A DNA stretch of 64,000 nt, from positions 264,466 through 328,465 of the forward strand of contig JADJRH010000002.1 of the NCBI GenBank assembly GCA_016712345.1. The letters run 5' to 3'. The notes below the pieces were generated by a model. The model was not told the origin of the DNA, ran no database searches, and worked only from the letters and a program-made list of their open reading frames with translations. The stretch is from Polyangiaceae bacterium. Lineage in GTDB: Bacteria; Myxococcota_A; Polyangia; Polyangiales; Polyangiaceae. The stretch's first letter is position 1. The number at the start of each line of letters is the position of its first letter. Both the position numbers and the translations under genes were made by a program. Of this stretch, positions 1 to 10,812 are shown one piece after another.

Positions 1-4
1 CAGC

Positions 5-946
5 GTGCGACCGAGCATGCTTGTCAAAGGACAAAAGCAACGCGCTCAAATCCAGTTCGCGCAGCAGGTCGCTTCCGCCATTGTTCCAAGCCTTCTCGCT
101 CTGCCACCCAACGATCGAACCAACGAAGCGTCGCTTCTCACAGCCATTGTTCGCTCGTTCTCAAGCGACGTGATCGGCGCGCTCATCATGACGTTGCGCG
201 ACATGGATCAAGAAGGCACGTCGCGCGAGGTTCTCACCGGCGACATCGCAGCGATCCCGCTCGCCGAGGTGCTTCAAGTGCTTCAAATGCAGCGGCAAAC
301 AGGTGTCGTTCGCATCTCCAACCAAAAGAGCGCGCTCACAATCTACATGCGCCAAGGCCTGATCGATCTCGTTCAGTCGCGCGGCCTCCCTGAAGAGTTT
401 CGACTCGGGCGCTACTTCGTTGAAAAAGGCGTTGTCACCCGCGACGAGCTGGAAACCATCCTCAAAGACGCGGACCGTCGAAAGCTGCTCGGCGAAAACC
501 TTATTGAAGCGGGCAAAGCCCAATCCGACGACGTGCAAGAAGCGCTCGAACGTCAGTCGAGCGAGCTTGTGTACGACATGCTTCGATGGCCGTACGGACG
601 CTTTTCCTTTACACGTGAAGCATTCCGTCCCGAGGCAGAATCGGCGCGTTTGGGCCTCAGTGTGGCATCGCTTGTCCTTGAAGGATTTCGCCGCGTGGAT
701 GAATGGCGGCTCATGGAGAGCACCATCAACTTTGATCAGATCGTAATGGTCGATCAGGTTGCGCTTGAGTCGCTCGGCCCCGACAAACTCACTCGCACCG
801 AAACGTTGGTGCTTGATGCTGTAAACGGCGCGCGCACGGTGAGTCAGGTGATCAAAGAGTCCAACGTCGGCTCCTTTGACGCAATCAAGTCGCTCTACCA
901 ATTTCTACAATCGCGCGTCGTGCGCACCCGCCCCAACGGCGCTTAG
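5..946 (+). CDS. DUF4388 domain-containing protein (5' end possibly truncated by window edge)
   Basis: Central region GDIAAIPLAEVLQVLQMQRQTGVVRI...TIYMRQGLI matches the DUF4388 pattern (G.L...PL.ELLQ.L...G.L.I....G.I). A C-terminal GspE-N-like segment LLGENLIEAGKAQSDDVQEALERQ is also present. Confidence 0.55.
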   Translation: MRPSMLVKGQKQRAQIQFAQQVASAIVPSLLALPPNDRTNEASLLTAIVRSFSSDVIGALIMTLRDMDQEGTSREVLTGDIAAIPLAEVLQVLQMQRQTGVVRISNQKSALTIYMRQGLIDLVQSRGLPEEFRLGRYFVEKGVVTRDELETILKDADRRKLLGENLIEAGKAQSDDVQEALERQSSELVYDMLRWPYGRFSFTREAFRPEAESARLGLSVASLVLEGFRRVDEWRLMESTINFDQIVMVDQVALESLGPDKLTRTETLVLDAVNGARTVSQVIKESNVGSFDAIKSLYQFLQSRVVRTRPNGA

Positions 947-1023
947 TCACACGCGCCGGTGCCCACGCATCTCGTCGCGAGCCGTCTTGTGTGTACACAA
1001 ATTGGCTCACACAACGGAGCCTT

Positions 1024-1806
1024 CTACTCCGATCTGTCGGCTGCTTGAATCTGTTCCACGAGCGCCATCGCCAGGTGTTCTCCATCTTTTTTCTGTTGGA
1101 GACTCCGCCCGTTTTCGCGAGCCCACGCGAGCGCCAACACCAACGGAATTTGTTTGTCGTCCCGCCCAAGCTCTTCGTTGGAAAGCGCCGTCAGCACCTC
1201 GCCCATGTGTACAGGTCGCGCAATTGTCCTCACTTCCGTGGAGAGCTTTGTGCATTCTTCAGGTGCCGAAGTGACTGCATATTCGCGGCACGGTGAAGGC
1301 CTGTCCGCGTAGATCGAACAGGCGCCTTCCTCCAAAAACGGGCACGGGATCACCGCTTCAAAATAGCGCCGACTGATGTCTTCCCATTGCTCGTGCACGG
1401 TCGTCGCAGTTGAACGCAAAGCCCATTTTCCCGCCCTTGGTTCCGGCCGCCAAAGCCCCAATTCTTTGAGCTTGGCGAGCGCCGCTTCAAAGCGACTCTT
1501 CACAATCGAGCGCCGCCCTTCAGGCATCGCATCCACCACCTGAGCCAAATGGAGCGCCTCGATCGGTGCAACAGGCACCGTCTGGTAGCAGCACGCAGTG
1601 CACCCTTTTTTGCAGCTTACTTTGAGCGCCGCCCTTTCCGCGTTTGCAGCCGCGATCGAAGTGAACCCATCGGTGATTGCCCGCGCTGTCTCGATTATTT
1701 CCACCACGGCTGTGGGCCAAACGCGCGTCTTTACCGAGATCTCGTGCTCTTCGCCCAGCACGGCCAAATGCAACTTCAGATCGTCGTACCGCCTCTTCAC
1801 CGTCAT
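1024..1806 (-). CDS. YkgJ-family Fe-S/zinc-chelating cysteine-cluster protein (PF03692-like)
   Basis: CKKGCTACCYQ gives the CxxCxxCC motif. Additional Cys pairs follow downstream (CPFLEEGACSIY, SPCREY). Confidence 0.6.
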   Translation of the reverse strand: MTVKRRYDDLKLHLAVLGEEHEISVKTRVWPTAVVEIIETARAITDGFTSIAAANAERAALKVSCKKGCTACCYQTVPVAPIEALHLAQVVDAMPEGRRSIVKSRFEAALAKLKELGLWRPEPRAGKWALRSTATTVHEQWEDISRRYFEAVIPCPFLEEGACSIYADRPSPCREYAVTSAPEECTKLSTEVRTIARPVHMGEVLTALSNEELGRDDKQIPLVLALAWARENGRSLQQKKDGEHLAMALVEQIQAADRSE

Positions 1807-1975
1807 TGCGGGGCGATTCTAAACGTGCGCGTTTACAAAAAAACGATCCACCAAACCACCTTTGTTCCACGAAGCACCTTCGACCGAAGTGGTTGCCACG
1901 TGAGCCGCGCGCATCTAGGGTCGCCCTTCGCGGCCCGTGCGCGGGGCGGGTCGCAAAATATCTCGGTCGCACCCC

Positions 1976-2788
1976 ATGTCCGAATTCAACATTCTCATCG
2001 GCGCAGTTGCTTCGAGCCCGCGGGTTGTATCGTTTTGGGAGTCGATGGAAGGTCACTTCCGCGCGCAGAATTTCCCGATCGAATACGCACTTTTCTCAAA
2101 CTACGAACGCCAGGTTGAAGCGCTCCTCGCGGGTCATATCGACATTGCGTACAGCTCCCCGCTTGCGCATGCGCGCGTCAAAAAGCGCACCGACGGTCGA
2201 TCGATCACGCTGGCCGTGGCCGATATCGATCGCGGAGCATCGGCAAAAATCGTTGTTCGTCGCGACGCGGCCATTCGCAACTTTGCGGGGCTTCATGGCA
2301 AACGCCTCGCGGTCGGCGGGCGTGACTCCGCTCAAGCGCGCATTCTCCCGCTCTACTATTTGTCTCAAGCCGGCGTGGACCTCTCCAAAGTGGAGATCTT
2401 TCCGTTCGACATTCACATCGGCAAACACGGCGACACATCCGATGCCGAACTCAACGTTCTCGCCGCCGTGCTCGACGGACGTGTACACGCCGGCGCCGTT
2501 GGCACCCGTGTTTGGAACGCCGAAAACGCCGCCAGTCGCATCGATCTCGCGAAAGTTGAAGTGTTGTGGACAACCCCCACATTTGACCTTCGCGTGTTCG
2601 ACGCGCTCCCTCAACTTGCCGCGCAAAAAGCCGACGGCTTCCAACGCATCCTTCTCGCGATGAGCTTCAAAAATCCAGCCCATCGCCGAGTGCTTGATCC
2701 CGAGGGCATTCGCCAATGGGTAGTGCCGCGTGAAGAAGCGTACGCCGCCATGATGGCCGCGCTCGATATGGGCCTCGCGAGCGGATAG
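1976..2788 (+). CDS. PhnD/SsuA/transferrin-family substrate-binding protein (phosphonate ABC-type SBP-like)
   Basis: Overall PhnD-like layout: NILIGAV...GHIDIAYSSPLAHARV...GKRLAV...ARILPLYYL. No obvious signal peptide. Start chosen at MSEFNIL. Confidence 0.5.
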   Translation: MSEFNILIGAVASSPRVVSFWESMEGHFRAQNFPIEYALFSNYERQVEALLAGHIDIAYSSPLAHARVKKRTDGRSITLAVADIDRGASAKIVVRRDAAIRNFAGLHGKRLAVGGRDSAQARILPLYYLSQAGVDLSKVEIFPFDIHIGKHGDTSDAELNVLAAVLDGRVHAGAVGTRVWNAENAASRIDLAKVEVLWTTPTFDLRVFDALPQLAAQKADGFQRILLAMSFKNPAHRRVLDPEGIRQWVVPREEAYAAMMAALDMGLASG

Positions 2789-2850
2789 CCGATCCAACAT
2801 CGCTCATTCATGTCGCTCGCTCGGCGTGATGCGGTGCTAAACTCGCCGCA

Positions 2851-3966
2851 GTGTCGCTCAAGATTGACCAAGACCACGGCCGTTTCCGCCAAATTGTTCG
2901 CGGAAAAATCCGACAAAACCTGAGAAAGTACATTTCCCAGGGAGAACTCATCGGCAGGCAGGGCAAAGACCTTGTGTCGATTCCCATCCCCCAAATCGAC
3001 ATTCCGCGGTTTCGCTTCGGCGACAAACAGCGCGGAGGCGTAGGGCAGGGTGACGGCAAAGCCGGTGATCCCATCAGTGGAAGCCCCGGCGATGATAAAC
3101 AGCCCGGCAAAGGCCAGGCCGGCAGCGACGCAGGCGATCACGCCATTGAAGTTGACGTGACCCTTGATGAATTGGCAGCCATCTTGGGTGAAGAACTGGA
3201 GTTGCCCGACATTCAAGACAAGGGCAAAAACACCGTATCCAGCGCACACGACAAGTATTCAGGTATTCGGCGCGTTGGGCCCGAATCACTGCGCCACTTC
3301 AAACGCACCTACCGTGAAGCGCTCAAACGCATGATATCGAGCGGCACTTTTCGCCCTGAAAAGCCGGTTGTCGTTCCCATTCGTGAAGACAAGCGTTATC
3401 GCTCGTGGAAAACCATCAATGAGCCTGTCACCAACGCCGTCATCATCTACATGATGGACGTGTCGGGCTCCATGGGTGACGAACAGAAAGAAATTGTCCG
3501 CATTGAAAGCTTCTGGATCGATGCGTGGCTCACCAAACAATACAAAGGCCTCGAATCGCGTTTTATCATTCACGACGCCGTTGCCCGCGAAGTCGACCGT
3601 GACACCTTCTTTCACACCCGCGAGTCGGGCGGCACAATGATCTCGTCTGCATACAAGCTGTGCTCACAGATTATCAATGACAACTACCCGCCCGAGGAGT
3701 GGAACATCTACCCATTCCACTTTTCAGACGGTGACAACTGGTCCATGGATGACACGCTTTCGTGTGTGGAAATCCTCAAAAAACAGCTCTTACCCCGCGT
3801 GAACATGTTTGCCTACGGTCAGGTAGAAAGTCCTTACGGCTCCGGCCAGTTTATAAAAGACCTGCGCGAACACTTCGCCAAAGACGATCGCGTTGTCACC
3901 AGCGAAATTCGCGACAAAGACGCCATTGTAAACAGCATCAAAGACTTTTTGGGCAAGGGTAAGTAG
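2851..3966 (+). CDS. yeaH: YeaH/YhbH family protein (DUF444, UPF0229)
   Basis: Family hallmarks [20 protein letters not shown] and FSDGDNW, with Gly-rich N-terminal linker. Immediately upstream of spoVR, as in the prkA-yeaH-spoVR module. Confidence 0.8.
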   Translation: MSLKIDQDHGRFRQIVRGKIRQNLRKYISQGELIGRQGKDLVSIPIPQIDIPRFRFGDKQRGGVGQGDGKAGDPISGSPGDDKQPGKGQAGSDAGDHAIEVDVTLDELAAILGEELELPDIQDKGKNTVSSAHDKYSGIRRVGPESLRHFKRTYREALKRMISSGTFRPEKPVVVPIREDKRYRSWKTINEPVTNAVIIYMMDVSGSMGDEQKEIVRIESFWIDAWLTKQYKGLESRFIIHDAVAREVDRDTFFHTRESGGTMISSAYKLCSQIINDNYPPEEWNIYPFHFSDGDNWSMDDTLSCVEILKKQLLPRVNMFAYGQVESPYGSGQFIKDLREHFAKDDRVVTSEIRDKDAIVNSIKDFLGKGK

Positions 3967-3970
3967 AGCC

Positions 3971-5530
3971 ATGAGCAAATTTGCTCTCCACACCACACTG
4001 CCCCGTTACCTCCGTGAACAACAGGAGCGCATTGAGGGCATCGCCCGCGGTTACGGGCTCGATTTTTTCCCCGTTATTTTTGAAATATTAACGTACGACC
4101 AAATGAACGAAATCGCGGCGTACAGCGGTTTCCCCACGCGTTATCCCCATTGGCGCTTTGGCATGGAGTATGAACAACTCTCCAAGAGTTATGAATACGG
4201 CCTGTCAAAAATCTACGAAATGGTGATCAACAACAATCCTTCGTACGCTTACCTGCTTGAAGGAAACTCACTCACCGATCAAAAACTCGTTATGGCCCAC
4301 GTGTTTGGCCATGTTGACTTTTTCAAAAACAACTTCTGTTTCAGGCCCACAGACCTCGACCGCCAAGGCCCCGTTGTCGACCCTGTGCGCCGCCCCGGCG
4401 ACTACGATCCTGACAGAAAATGGATCGATAAAATGGCCAATCACGGTGCCCGCATCTCGCGCCATATTGAGCGACACGGCATCTCCAAAATAGAACAGTT
4501 TATCGATCAATGCCTCTCGCTTGAAAACCTGATTGACCCTTGGGCCCCATTTTCAGGCCGTGCCGCCCCCAAAATCGACGACGAAGATGAAGCTCCGGCG
4601 AGCGTGCCCAAACTCCAAGCCAAGGAGTATATGGACTCGTACATCAACCCTGAGAGCTACATTGAGGCGCAGAAAAAAAAGCAGCTTGAAAAACAAAAGG
4701 CTGAAAAGAAACACCCTGAAAAGCCCGAGCGCGACATCCTCAAGTTCGTTTTAGACAATGCCCCACTTGAACGTTGGGAGCGCGATGTTCTCGAAGTGCT
4801 CCGCGACGAGGCATATTACTTTTTGCCGCAGCGCCAAACCAAAATCATGAATGAAGGTTGGGCGGCTTATTGGCACTCTAAAATGATGACTGAAAAGGTA
4901 CTCGATGCTTCAGAAATCATCGATTACGCCGAAAACAACGCGGGTGTCATGGCCACCGCCCCCGGCAAACTCAACCCTTACAAACTCGGAGTAGAACTCT
5001 TCCGCTACATCGAAGAGCGCTGGGACAAAGGCCAGTTTGGTAAAGATTGGGAAGAGTGCAGTGACATGGACGCGCGCCGTCACTGGGATTTGCGCCTTGG
5101 AATGGGCCGCAAAAAGATCTTTGAAGTGCGTGCCCTCTACAATGACGTAACCTTCCTTGATGAATTTCTCACCCCAGAATTCATCATCGACATGAAAATG
5201 TACACATTCGGTTTTTCCAACCGCAATGACAGGTATGAAATCGAAAGTCGTGAGTTCAAAGAGGTCAAAGAAAAACTCCTTTTCCAACTCACAAACTTCG
5301 GTGATCCCGTCATCAGCGTCATTGATGCAAACTGGGGCAACCGGGGAGAACTGTTGCTTGAACATCGCTTCGCCGGGATGGAACTGCGGGCCGACTACGC
5401 TCGTGAAACGCTCGCCGCGCTCGTTCGATGTTGGAAGCGCCCCGTCCTTGTTTCCACACGGGTAGAAGGCAAACCTGTCCTCCTTCGATACGACGGCAAA
5501 GACCACTCTTCCATCCCCTTCAAGGTGTAG
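3971..5530 (+). CDS. spoVR: SpoVR family protein
   Basis: N-terminus TTLPRYL...[39 protein letters not shown], length about 519 aa. Sits 5 bp downstream of yeaH. Confidence 0.85.
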   Translation: MSKFALHTTLPRYLREQQERIEGIARGYGLDFFPVIFEILTYDQMNEIAAYSGFPTRYPHWRFGMEYEQLSKSYEYGLSKIYEMVINNNPSYAYLLEGNSLTDQKLVMAHVFGHVDFFKNNFCFRPTDLDRQGPVVDPVRRPGDYDPDRKWIDKMANHGARISRHIERHGISKIEQFIDQCLSLENLIDPWAPFSGRAAPKIDDEDEAPASVPKLQAKEYMDSYINPESYIEAQKKKQLEKQKAEKKHPEKPERDILKFVLDNAPLERWERDVLEVLRDEAYYFLPQRQTKIMNEGWAAYWHSKMMTEKVLDASEIIDYAENNAGVMATAPGKLNPYKLGVELFRYIEERWDKGQFGKDWEECSDMDARRHWDLRLGMGRKKIFEVRALYNDVTFLDEFLTPEFIIDMKMYTFGFSNRNDRYEIESREFKEVKEKLLFQLTNFGDPVISVIDANWGNRGELLLEHRFAGMELRADYARETLAALVRCWKRPVLVSTRVEGKPVLLRYDGKDHSSIPFKV

Positions 5531-6792
5531 TGGTGAACCCCACTGCATCAAGCCTCCGGCTATACAGTCAGGTTGCCTTTCGCGTTCAAAAAGGTCGCCT
5601 TGTCGCAGCGGCGTTGATCACGTTTGGACTGAGCGCATGCGGGCCGAGTGAGCCTATCCAAACACCACCTCAACCCACCGCTTCAACTCCTCTCACCACT
5701 CCAACGCCTCTCAACTCCAACGCTCCACCGTCGCCGAGCGCCTCGGCCCAACAAGCCCCCACCGCGCAACCTACCACCTTACCACCGGACCCCATTCCAC
5801 CTCCAACCCCGCCGCCCCGCCTGGCCCGAGGTGTGGATACTCCGTCGGACAAAGCCCTTGTGGAAGGCGACACAGCGTTTGCCATATCCGACTTTACACT
5901 CGCAGAAAAGGCTTACAAAAAAGCCCAAACGTTGGCCCCCAAAGACCCGGCTCCCGTGGTTGGACTATGCCGGGCCCGGCTTGGAAAAGCTTCCATCCCC
6001 GAGGGGTTTGCCACCGCTGCCGGCGACAAAACAGTCACGGCGGCAATTGCCGATCTCAAAAAGGCCGTTGCGCTCGACAGTCAGTTTGCGCCCGCCCATA
6101 TTGAGTTGGCACGTACCCTTTTAATCTCCGGCGACGCCGCCGCGGCTCTCACCGCCGCAAAAAAAGGGGTAGAACTCTCTCCCAACGACCCAGAAGCCCA
6201 CTCGGCACTTGGCATTGCACACCTCGCCTCCGGTGACATCGAAAACGCCGTCACCTCGCTAAAACGCAGCGCAGAATTGGGCCCGGGTGACTTTGGCCGC
6301 CAACTCAACTACGCAACGGCCCTGTTGTCCGCCAAAAAAGTGACTGAAGCACAAGCTGTATTCCAAAAAGCCTCCCGCATTGACCCCAACGACGCGCGCG
6401 CCCACAACGGCATTGGAACAGCGCTCCTTATGTTGGGTGACCCGGTCAAGGCCACACCCCACCTTGAAAAAGCCACTCAACTCGACCCAGAAGGTGCAAG
6501 TTATTATCAAAACCTTGGGTACGCATGGTCCCTCCGCGGCGACGCTCCCAAAGCCATTCTTCTCTACCAAAAAGCTGTCGAAAAAAATCCAAAACTCGTC
6601 AGCGCCTGGATCAACCTCGGCAACACCTTTGCCACCCAGGGTAAGTTTACCGACGCTTGCAACGCGTACACCAAAGTGTACACACTTGACCCTGAAGACC
6701 CACGCCTCAAAGACGCCCTAATCGAAGTCGACGAAATCGCCAAAAAGCAGGGTCTCACAGGCGCCGGCTGCAAAGTCGGCAGCAAAAAGTAA
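5530..6792 (+). CDS. TPR-repeat lipoprotein with Pro-rich linker
   Basis: GTG start directly after spoVR stop. Signal plus lipobox LITFGLSAC. Pro/Thr-rich spacer followed by multiple 34-aa TPR-like units (AHIELARTLL..., AHSALGIAH..., AHNGIGTAL..., WINLGNTF...). Confidence 0.6.
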   Translation: MVNPTASSLRLYSQVAFRVQKGRLVAAALITFGLSACGPSEPIQTPPQPTASTPLTTPTPLNSNAPPSPSASAQQAPTAQPTTLPPDPIPPPTPPPRLARGVDTPSDKALVEGDTAFAISDFTLAEKAYKKAQTLAPKDPAPVVGLCRARLGKASIPEGFATAAGDKTVTAAIADLKKAVALDSQFAPAHIELARTLLISGDAAAALTAAKKGVELSPNDPEAHSALGIAHLASGDIENAVTSLKRSAELGPGDFGRQLNYATALLSAKKVTEAQAVFQKASRIDPNDARAHNGIGTALLMLGDPVKATPHLEKATQLDPEGASYYQNLGYAWSLRGDAPKAILLYQKAVEKNPKLVSAWINLGNTFATQGKFTDACNAYTKVYTLDPEDPRLKDALIEVDEIAKKQGLTGAGCKVGSKK

Positions 6793-6824
6793 GGTTATAC
6801 TCCAAGGGTCAATGCCCCCCACCG

Positions 6825-6844
6825 CCGCAGGTGGTCACCTGCGG
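6825..6844. terminator. GC-rich palindrome CCGCAGGTG-gt-CACCTGCGG between convergent genes (possible bidirectional terminator hairpin)
   Basis: Perfect 9-bp inverted arms. Located 33 nt after the TPR-gene stop and about 90 nt after the ATPase stop. No U-tract. Confidence 0.3.
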
Positions 6845-6932
6845 CTGGCCCCCCACGTGCCGTGCTCGGCCTTCGGCCTCCGCGCGTCAACGGGGGGCCC
6901 CCCCGCGAGCGGGAGTGCGAGCGGGTAGGGTG

Positions 6933-8744
6933 TCAGCGGGAGGTAGACACCGCCCGGCGAAGTTTTTTCGACGATTGGGGTTTGGTAGATTTGTCAGGCT
7001 TGGTAGGTTTATCGAATTTGTCAGATTGGGAAGGTTTCGCAGATTTGGTGAGCGTGTCAGGTTTGCTGGACTTATCGGGCTTGTCAGATTGGGGAGGTTT
7101 GTCAGGTTTGGTGGATTTGTCAGACTTGTCAGATTGGGAAGCTTGTCGCGACTTGAGAATTGCCGTTCGTTCGTGAATGGCTTTCGCCACGTCCCCCGCC
7201 ACTTCAAGCACTTCTTTGGGGGCTAGGGGCCGTTCACCGGTCACCATTTGCAGCGCGGCAACCAATGGTTCAAGCGGGGCCGCAAGCGGTGAAGTGCGGA
7301 GAATTGCGAGCGCCTCCGTCGGGTAACCCGCGGCGGCGATATCCACAAAGAGAGTCTGCCAACCTTCTTTTCGAACGCTCGGCAGGTGTCGGGCGATCCT
7401 TGCGCTCTCTTCCCGGAGCACCTCGCGCCCCTCTTCCCAGGTTCGCGCCCCCTCACTCAACTGCTTCAACCAATACTCTCGCACATGCGGATTTCCCTGC
7501 CGCTGAAACAGCGACCTGACGACCCACTTGTGGTCATCCCGCTTATCTTCGCTGAGTGCTCCAGCTTCGTTGGCGACGGTTTTCAAAACGCTGCCCAACT
7601 CGGCGGAGTCATAAAAGTGGACCATAAAATCCACCACAGCTCGAACGCGCGTTTCTTCCCCTCCCGAGCGCCGGAGCAAATGGTAGATATTGTACATTCG
7701 CTCCGAAAGTTCATACACTTTCTTCCGGCCGTCGCCCGATGCGGTAACCACACCCCGTTGAACCAATCTACCCAAGAGCGCACTCGTTTCACTGGCATTC
7801 ATCCGGGCTTGATCCGCCACTTCACGCGCTGTGGAAGGATGCCAAAGGTCGGCCAGTGTAACGTACACTTTGCGTTCTTTACCGGGCAAACTTTCAAGAT
7901 TGCTCTTGAAGTACGTGGTATGATCGTCCACCAACTTTACCAGGTGATCCATTAAATCGCGGAGAGACATTCCCGACGCGAACGATGCTAAAATGGCCAA
8001 TAACCGCGGATTTCCCCCAGTCAAAATATGCAGAGGTCGCATCCGCTCCACCGGCACGTTGGCTTGGGCAACTTGTTCCCACACCCGGTGGGCGCTGGGT
8101 AGATCGAGCGGATCTAACCGGTAGGTTCGAAACTGATCAAAAAACGCTTTTTCAGAATTTTCAATGGCATCAAAGCTGGCTGTGGCGGTGGCAACAAGCA
8201 ATATGCGGCGCTCAGTTTGAAGGGTTTTTCGCAACCGCCAAGCATCGGCATCTGAGATCTGTTCTCCAAGCAACATGTGGAGGTTTTCCACAACCACCAC
8301 AATGCGCTTGCCCCTCTGATGAGCGATTTCTAAGAGCGTTCCCAAAGCTCGATCATACAGACGTTGCTCGTCCAGTTCTTTCTTGAGGGTAGTATAAGTA
8401 TCCAGCAGGTGACGTTCGCCCAAACTGTCGGCCCAATAGCGCAACCCTTCCAACCAAAGTTCACCGGCGGTCAGCACTTCATACGCTTCTTCTGCGTACA
8501 CAAGGGGTAGCCACTCGTTTGAAAAGCGGGGGTTTGTTCTTACCTCGTGAGCCGCCCGTCTTACCAACGTTGTTTTGCCCATACCGCGCGCGCCAAAGAT
8601 CAAAAGATGTTGGCACGATGGGCCTGTATTTTCGGCAATGTGGTCAAGAACAAAGGTAAGGTCTTCTTCCCTCGCCACGAACGATCTGACAAGTTGGTCA
8701 GCGCTTAAAAACGGCGGGTTGTTTTTCATCAGCGGGGGGTTCAT
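6933..8744 (-). CDS. AAA+ ATPase (PF01637-like) with winged-helix domain and disordered KPDKS-repeat tail
   Basis: Walker A GARGMGKTT, Walker B VVVVENLH, wHTH-like KVYVTLADLW...LLGRLVQRGVV. C-terminal KSDKSTKPDKPPQSDKPDKSSKPD repeats are encoded by DNA tandem repeats. The ATG overlaps the stop of the upstream ATPase (ATGA overlap at 8741-8744). Confidence 0.6.
   Translation of the reverse strand: MNPPLMKNNPPFLSADQLVRSFVAREEDLTFVLDHIAENTGPSCQHLLIFGARGMGKTTLVRRAAHEVRTNPRFSNEWLPLVYAEEAYEVLTAGELWLEGLRYWADSLGERHLLDTYTTLKKELDEQRLYDRALGTLLEIAHQRGKRIVVVVENLHMLLGEQISDADAWRLRKTLQTERRILLVATATASFDAIENSEKAFFDQFRTYRLDPLDLPSAHRVWEQVAQANVPVERMRPLHILTGGNPRLLAILASFASGMSLRDLMDHLVKLVDDHTTYFKSNLESLPGKERKVYVTLADLWHPSTAREVADQARMNASETSALLGRLVQRGVVTASGDGRKKVYELSERMYNIYHLLRRSGGEETRVRAVVDFMVHFYDSAELGSVLKTVANEAGALSEDKRDDHKWVVRSLFQRQGNPHVREYWLKQLSEGARTWEEGREVLREESARIARHLPSVRKEGWQTLFVDIAAAGYPTEALAILRTSPLAAPLEPLVAALQMVTGERPLAPKEVLEVAGDVAKAIHERTAILKSRQASQSDKSDKSTKPDKPPQSDKPDKSSKPDTLTKSAKPSQSDKFDKPTKPDKSTKPQSSKKLRRAVSTSR
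6955..7160. repeat. imperfect approximately 18-24-bp tandem repeats inside the ATPase coding region (encode KPDKS/TKPDK low-complexity tail)
   Basis: ttggtagatttgtcaggc / ttggtaggtttatcgaatttgtcagattggga / ...ttgtcagattgggga... units are visible by eye. Confidence 0.6.
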
Positions 8745-9967
8745 TGTGGTGCGCCCGACTTCGCGAGAAAGTTGAATTTGGCCCGCCACCACCTGCGCAC
8801 CAGGTTAGAAACAAAAACATACCCATCCCCTTTTGACTCCAAATACCCGTCGTGCTCAAAAATCCCCAAGATTTCGCGCAGAAAATCTTCAGGTCTACCT
8901 TCCATCTCTCCACTCGACATAAAGTCGCGAGTGATCGCGAAGGCTCGCTCATTTGTCAGAGCACCGTTGATCGACGCATCCGTCAACAAGTCAATGGCGA
9001 GCGATTGTTTTTCAGGTCCGAGCACCAATTTGAGACGCTCTTCCAAGTGACTCAACTGCACATGACCCCGGCTGCTCAACATGCGTTCTTCAAAAACCCG
9101 TTGCACGTCACCGTCCGTCAATTCCCCTGATTTTCGGCGCCGAGCATCTTGGGAGGCAAAGTCGAAAAAGAGTTGAACATGGTGGGGCACCGCGCTCCCA
9201 AGCAGGGCAACCATTGTTTGCGCCGTCCCCCTTTGTAGAATCAGCTTTTGCGACTCGGCGATTCGAGTAAGAAATTCAACAGCGGTGTCTGTGTCCCAAG
9301 GGCTTAACTCAAACGGTGTAAACGTGTTCATTGTGGCTGACAGCGCGGCCTGTCGGAGCACCGGTTCAAGCCCAATGGAGCCTGCTGCAACAAATCGAAT
9401 TTGACCTTTTCGGCGGCTTGTTTCTTCGCGCAAAAAAGAAAGAAAAAGGTCGGCATCGCGGCGCCGTTCAGGAGTGATTTTATAATCGTCTCCCTTCAAC
9501 ATCCGGTTTACCAAAATGGGTAGTTCATCCAAAAAGATGATCACCGGCCCATCATGGGTTGAAAGGCTTTGAAGCAGCTGCACGCCCTTTGCTCGCCAAC
9601 CGGAGGCAACCGCGTCGCGCAGTTTGATGGACAGTTCAAACGCCTGCAGCGAGTCAACGTTTTCTAAAAATCCTTGAAAAACCGACTGCGCTCTTTTCCA
9701 CAGGGGTTGATGTTGACGCGTCGCGAGAGCCAGCTCGGCAATTGCATCGGCGGCGTTTTGTGACCCTTCCAAGTCGACAAACAAGCAGAGGTAGTTATCG
9801 GGAAGGCGACGCGCGAGTTCACGCATCAAGCTTGTTTTGCCGACGCGGCGCGGCGCCACCAACAACACGTGGTTCCCCGCATCAAGTTGCAGTCGCAATT
9901 CACGCAGCTCGTGGTCGCGGCCCCAAAAGTCGTCTCCGCTGACCCAATTTCCAACCTGACTTTTCAT
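8741..9967 (-). CDS. AAA+ ATPase, archaeal-type ATPase family (PF01637-like)
   Basis: FWGRDHELREL...LLVAPRRVGKTSLMRELARRL (Walker A) and IIFLDELP (Walker B). Start chosen at MKSQVG; a longer N-terminal extension is possible. Confidence 0.6.
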   Translation of the reverse strand: MKSQVGNWVSGDDFWGRDHELRELRLQLDAGNHVLLVAPRRVGKTSLMRELARRLPDNYLCLFVDLEGSQNAADAIAELALATRQHQPLWKRAQSVFQGFLENVDSLQAFELSIKLRDAVASGWRAKGVQLLQSLSTHDGPVIIFLDELPILVNRMLKGDDYKITPERRRDADLFLSFLREETSRRKGQIRFVAAGSIGLEPVLRQAALSATMNTFTPFELSPWDTDTAVEFLTRIAESQKLILQRGTAQTMVALLGSAVPHHVQLFFDFASQDARRRKSGELTDGDVQRVFEERMLSSRGHVQLSHLEERLKLVLGPEKQSLAIDLLTDASINGALTNERAFAITRDFMSSGEMEGRPEDFLREILGIFEHDGYLESKGDGYVFVSNLVRRWWRAKFNFLAKSGAPQ

Positions 9968-10130
9968 CAAGCGCTCCACAGCCGGTGAGTTGGCACCGGC
10001 GTTCACAACAGTTTTGTTGGCAACAGTTTTGTTGGCAACAAAACTGTTGTCAAGCAAAAGCGTTGAGAGGCGCGTGTGCGCGTCTGCGAAGTAGCATCAC
10101 GGAAGCACGGTGCACTTCGCAGCCGTCGCG

Positions 10131-10770
10131 CTAATTCAACCACTCTTTGGGCGGGCGCTTTTTACCCGTGGGTGTCTTTTCTAGAATGTCGTCGGCCGAA
10201 AACGGTTTGTAATCGCTTTTGGAACGAGCGTACGGGCCGGGGCCGCCCGGCGGTCGTCGAACGCTCTTTTTCCGCCATTTCCACCAATGGGCGATGCCAT
10301 TTTTGCCAAACAGCTTCCATGCCTCGGCGCCGTCAAACCCTGGAATGGGTAGGAGGTTAATCGCCATCAGGTAGAGATTTGTCATGAGAAAGGCACTCAC
10401 CAACTCCATGACAAAGTGCGGAGTTTTGGGAGGCAATAAAAACGAGAGTGGCAGTGCGATCAGTAGCAACACCATTTGCCCAAACACGCCACCCCATGAA
10501 ATCAAGGCGCGCTGAATGGGGGAGGGGCTTCCGTACCATTGGCAGTCACCGCCGATGCCGTGCACATTGACACTCACAACTTCGAGTTTGAAAGCCCGAA
10601 TGATCAGCGCGTGTCCCAGCTCATGAACCAGAATCAGTATGAGAAAGGCCAACCAGGCCGCGGGCGAAAATCGAAACCCGCCGAAGAAAAACGCTCCGAG
10701 CGGTGCACTCCAATGGATGCGAATGGGGGCGCGACCAAAACTGCCAATGCGGAAAAAGCCGTTTTCCATG
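10131..10770 (-). CDS. M50-family (site-2 protease-like) membrane metalloprotease
   Basis: HELGHALI zinc motif in a hydrophobic context, several TM segments, and LLPIPGFDGAEAW (LDG-like motif). Confidence 0.6.
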
Positions 10771-10812
10771 TTGGTGCTTGTGGCGTAGCACGAATTGGAG
10801 GCAGAGGCGCGT

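Noticed and set aside
1520-2663. Long overlapping ORFs on both strands (e.g. 1520-2056, 1549-2118, 1677-2663), and similar antisense ORFs throughout (5648-6124, 17464-17691 Pro-rich, 33559-34216, 55243-55719)
   Set aside because: They overlap well-supported genes with recognisable motifs and have Arg/Pro/Ala-rich composition typical of GC-rich antisense frames. No independent start or SD support.
6955-7160. Possible CRISPR-like array (regularly spaced approximately 20-bp repeats)
   Set aside because: Repeats are imperfect, contiguous without unique spacers, and lie in-frame inside a CDS encoding KPDKS low-complexity protein sequence.
10000-10045. 15-bp direct duplication (gttttgttggcaaca x2, encoding NKTVANKTV) at the 5' end of ATPase A
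   Set aside because: It probably lies upstream of the true start (MKSQVG at 9967), so it is a minor intergenic duplication rather than a functional repeat.
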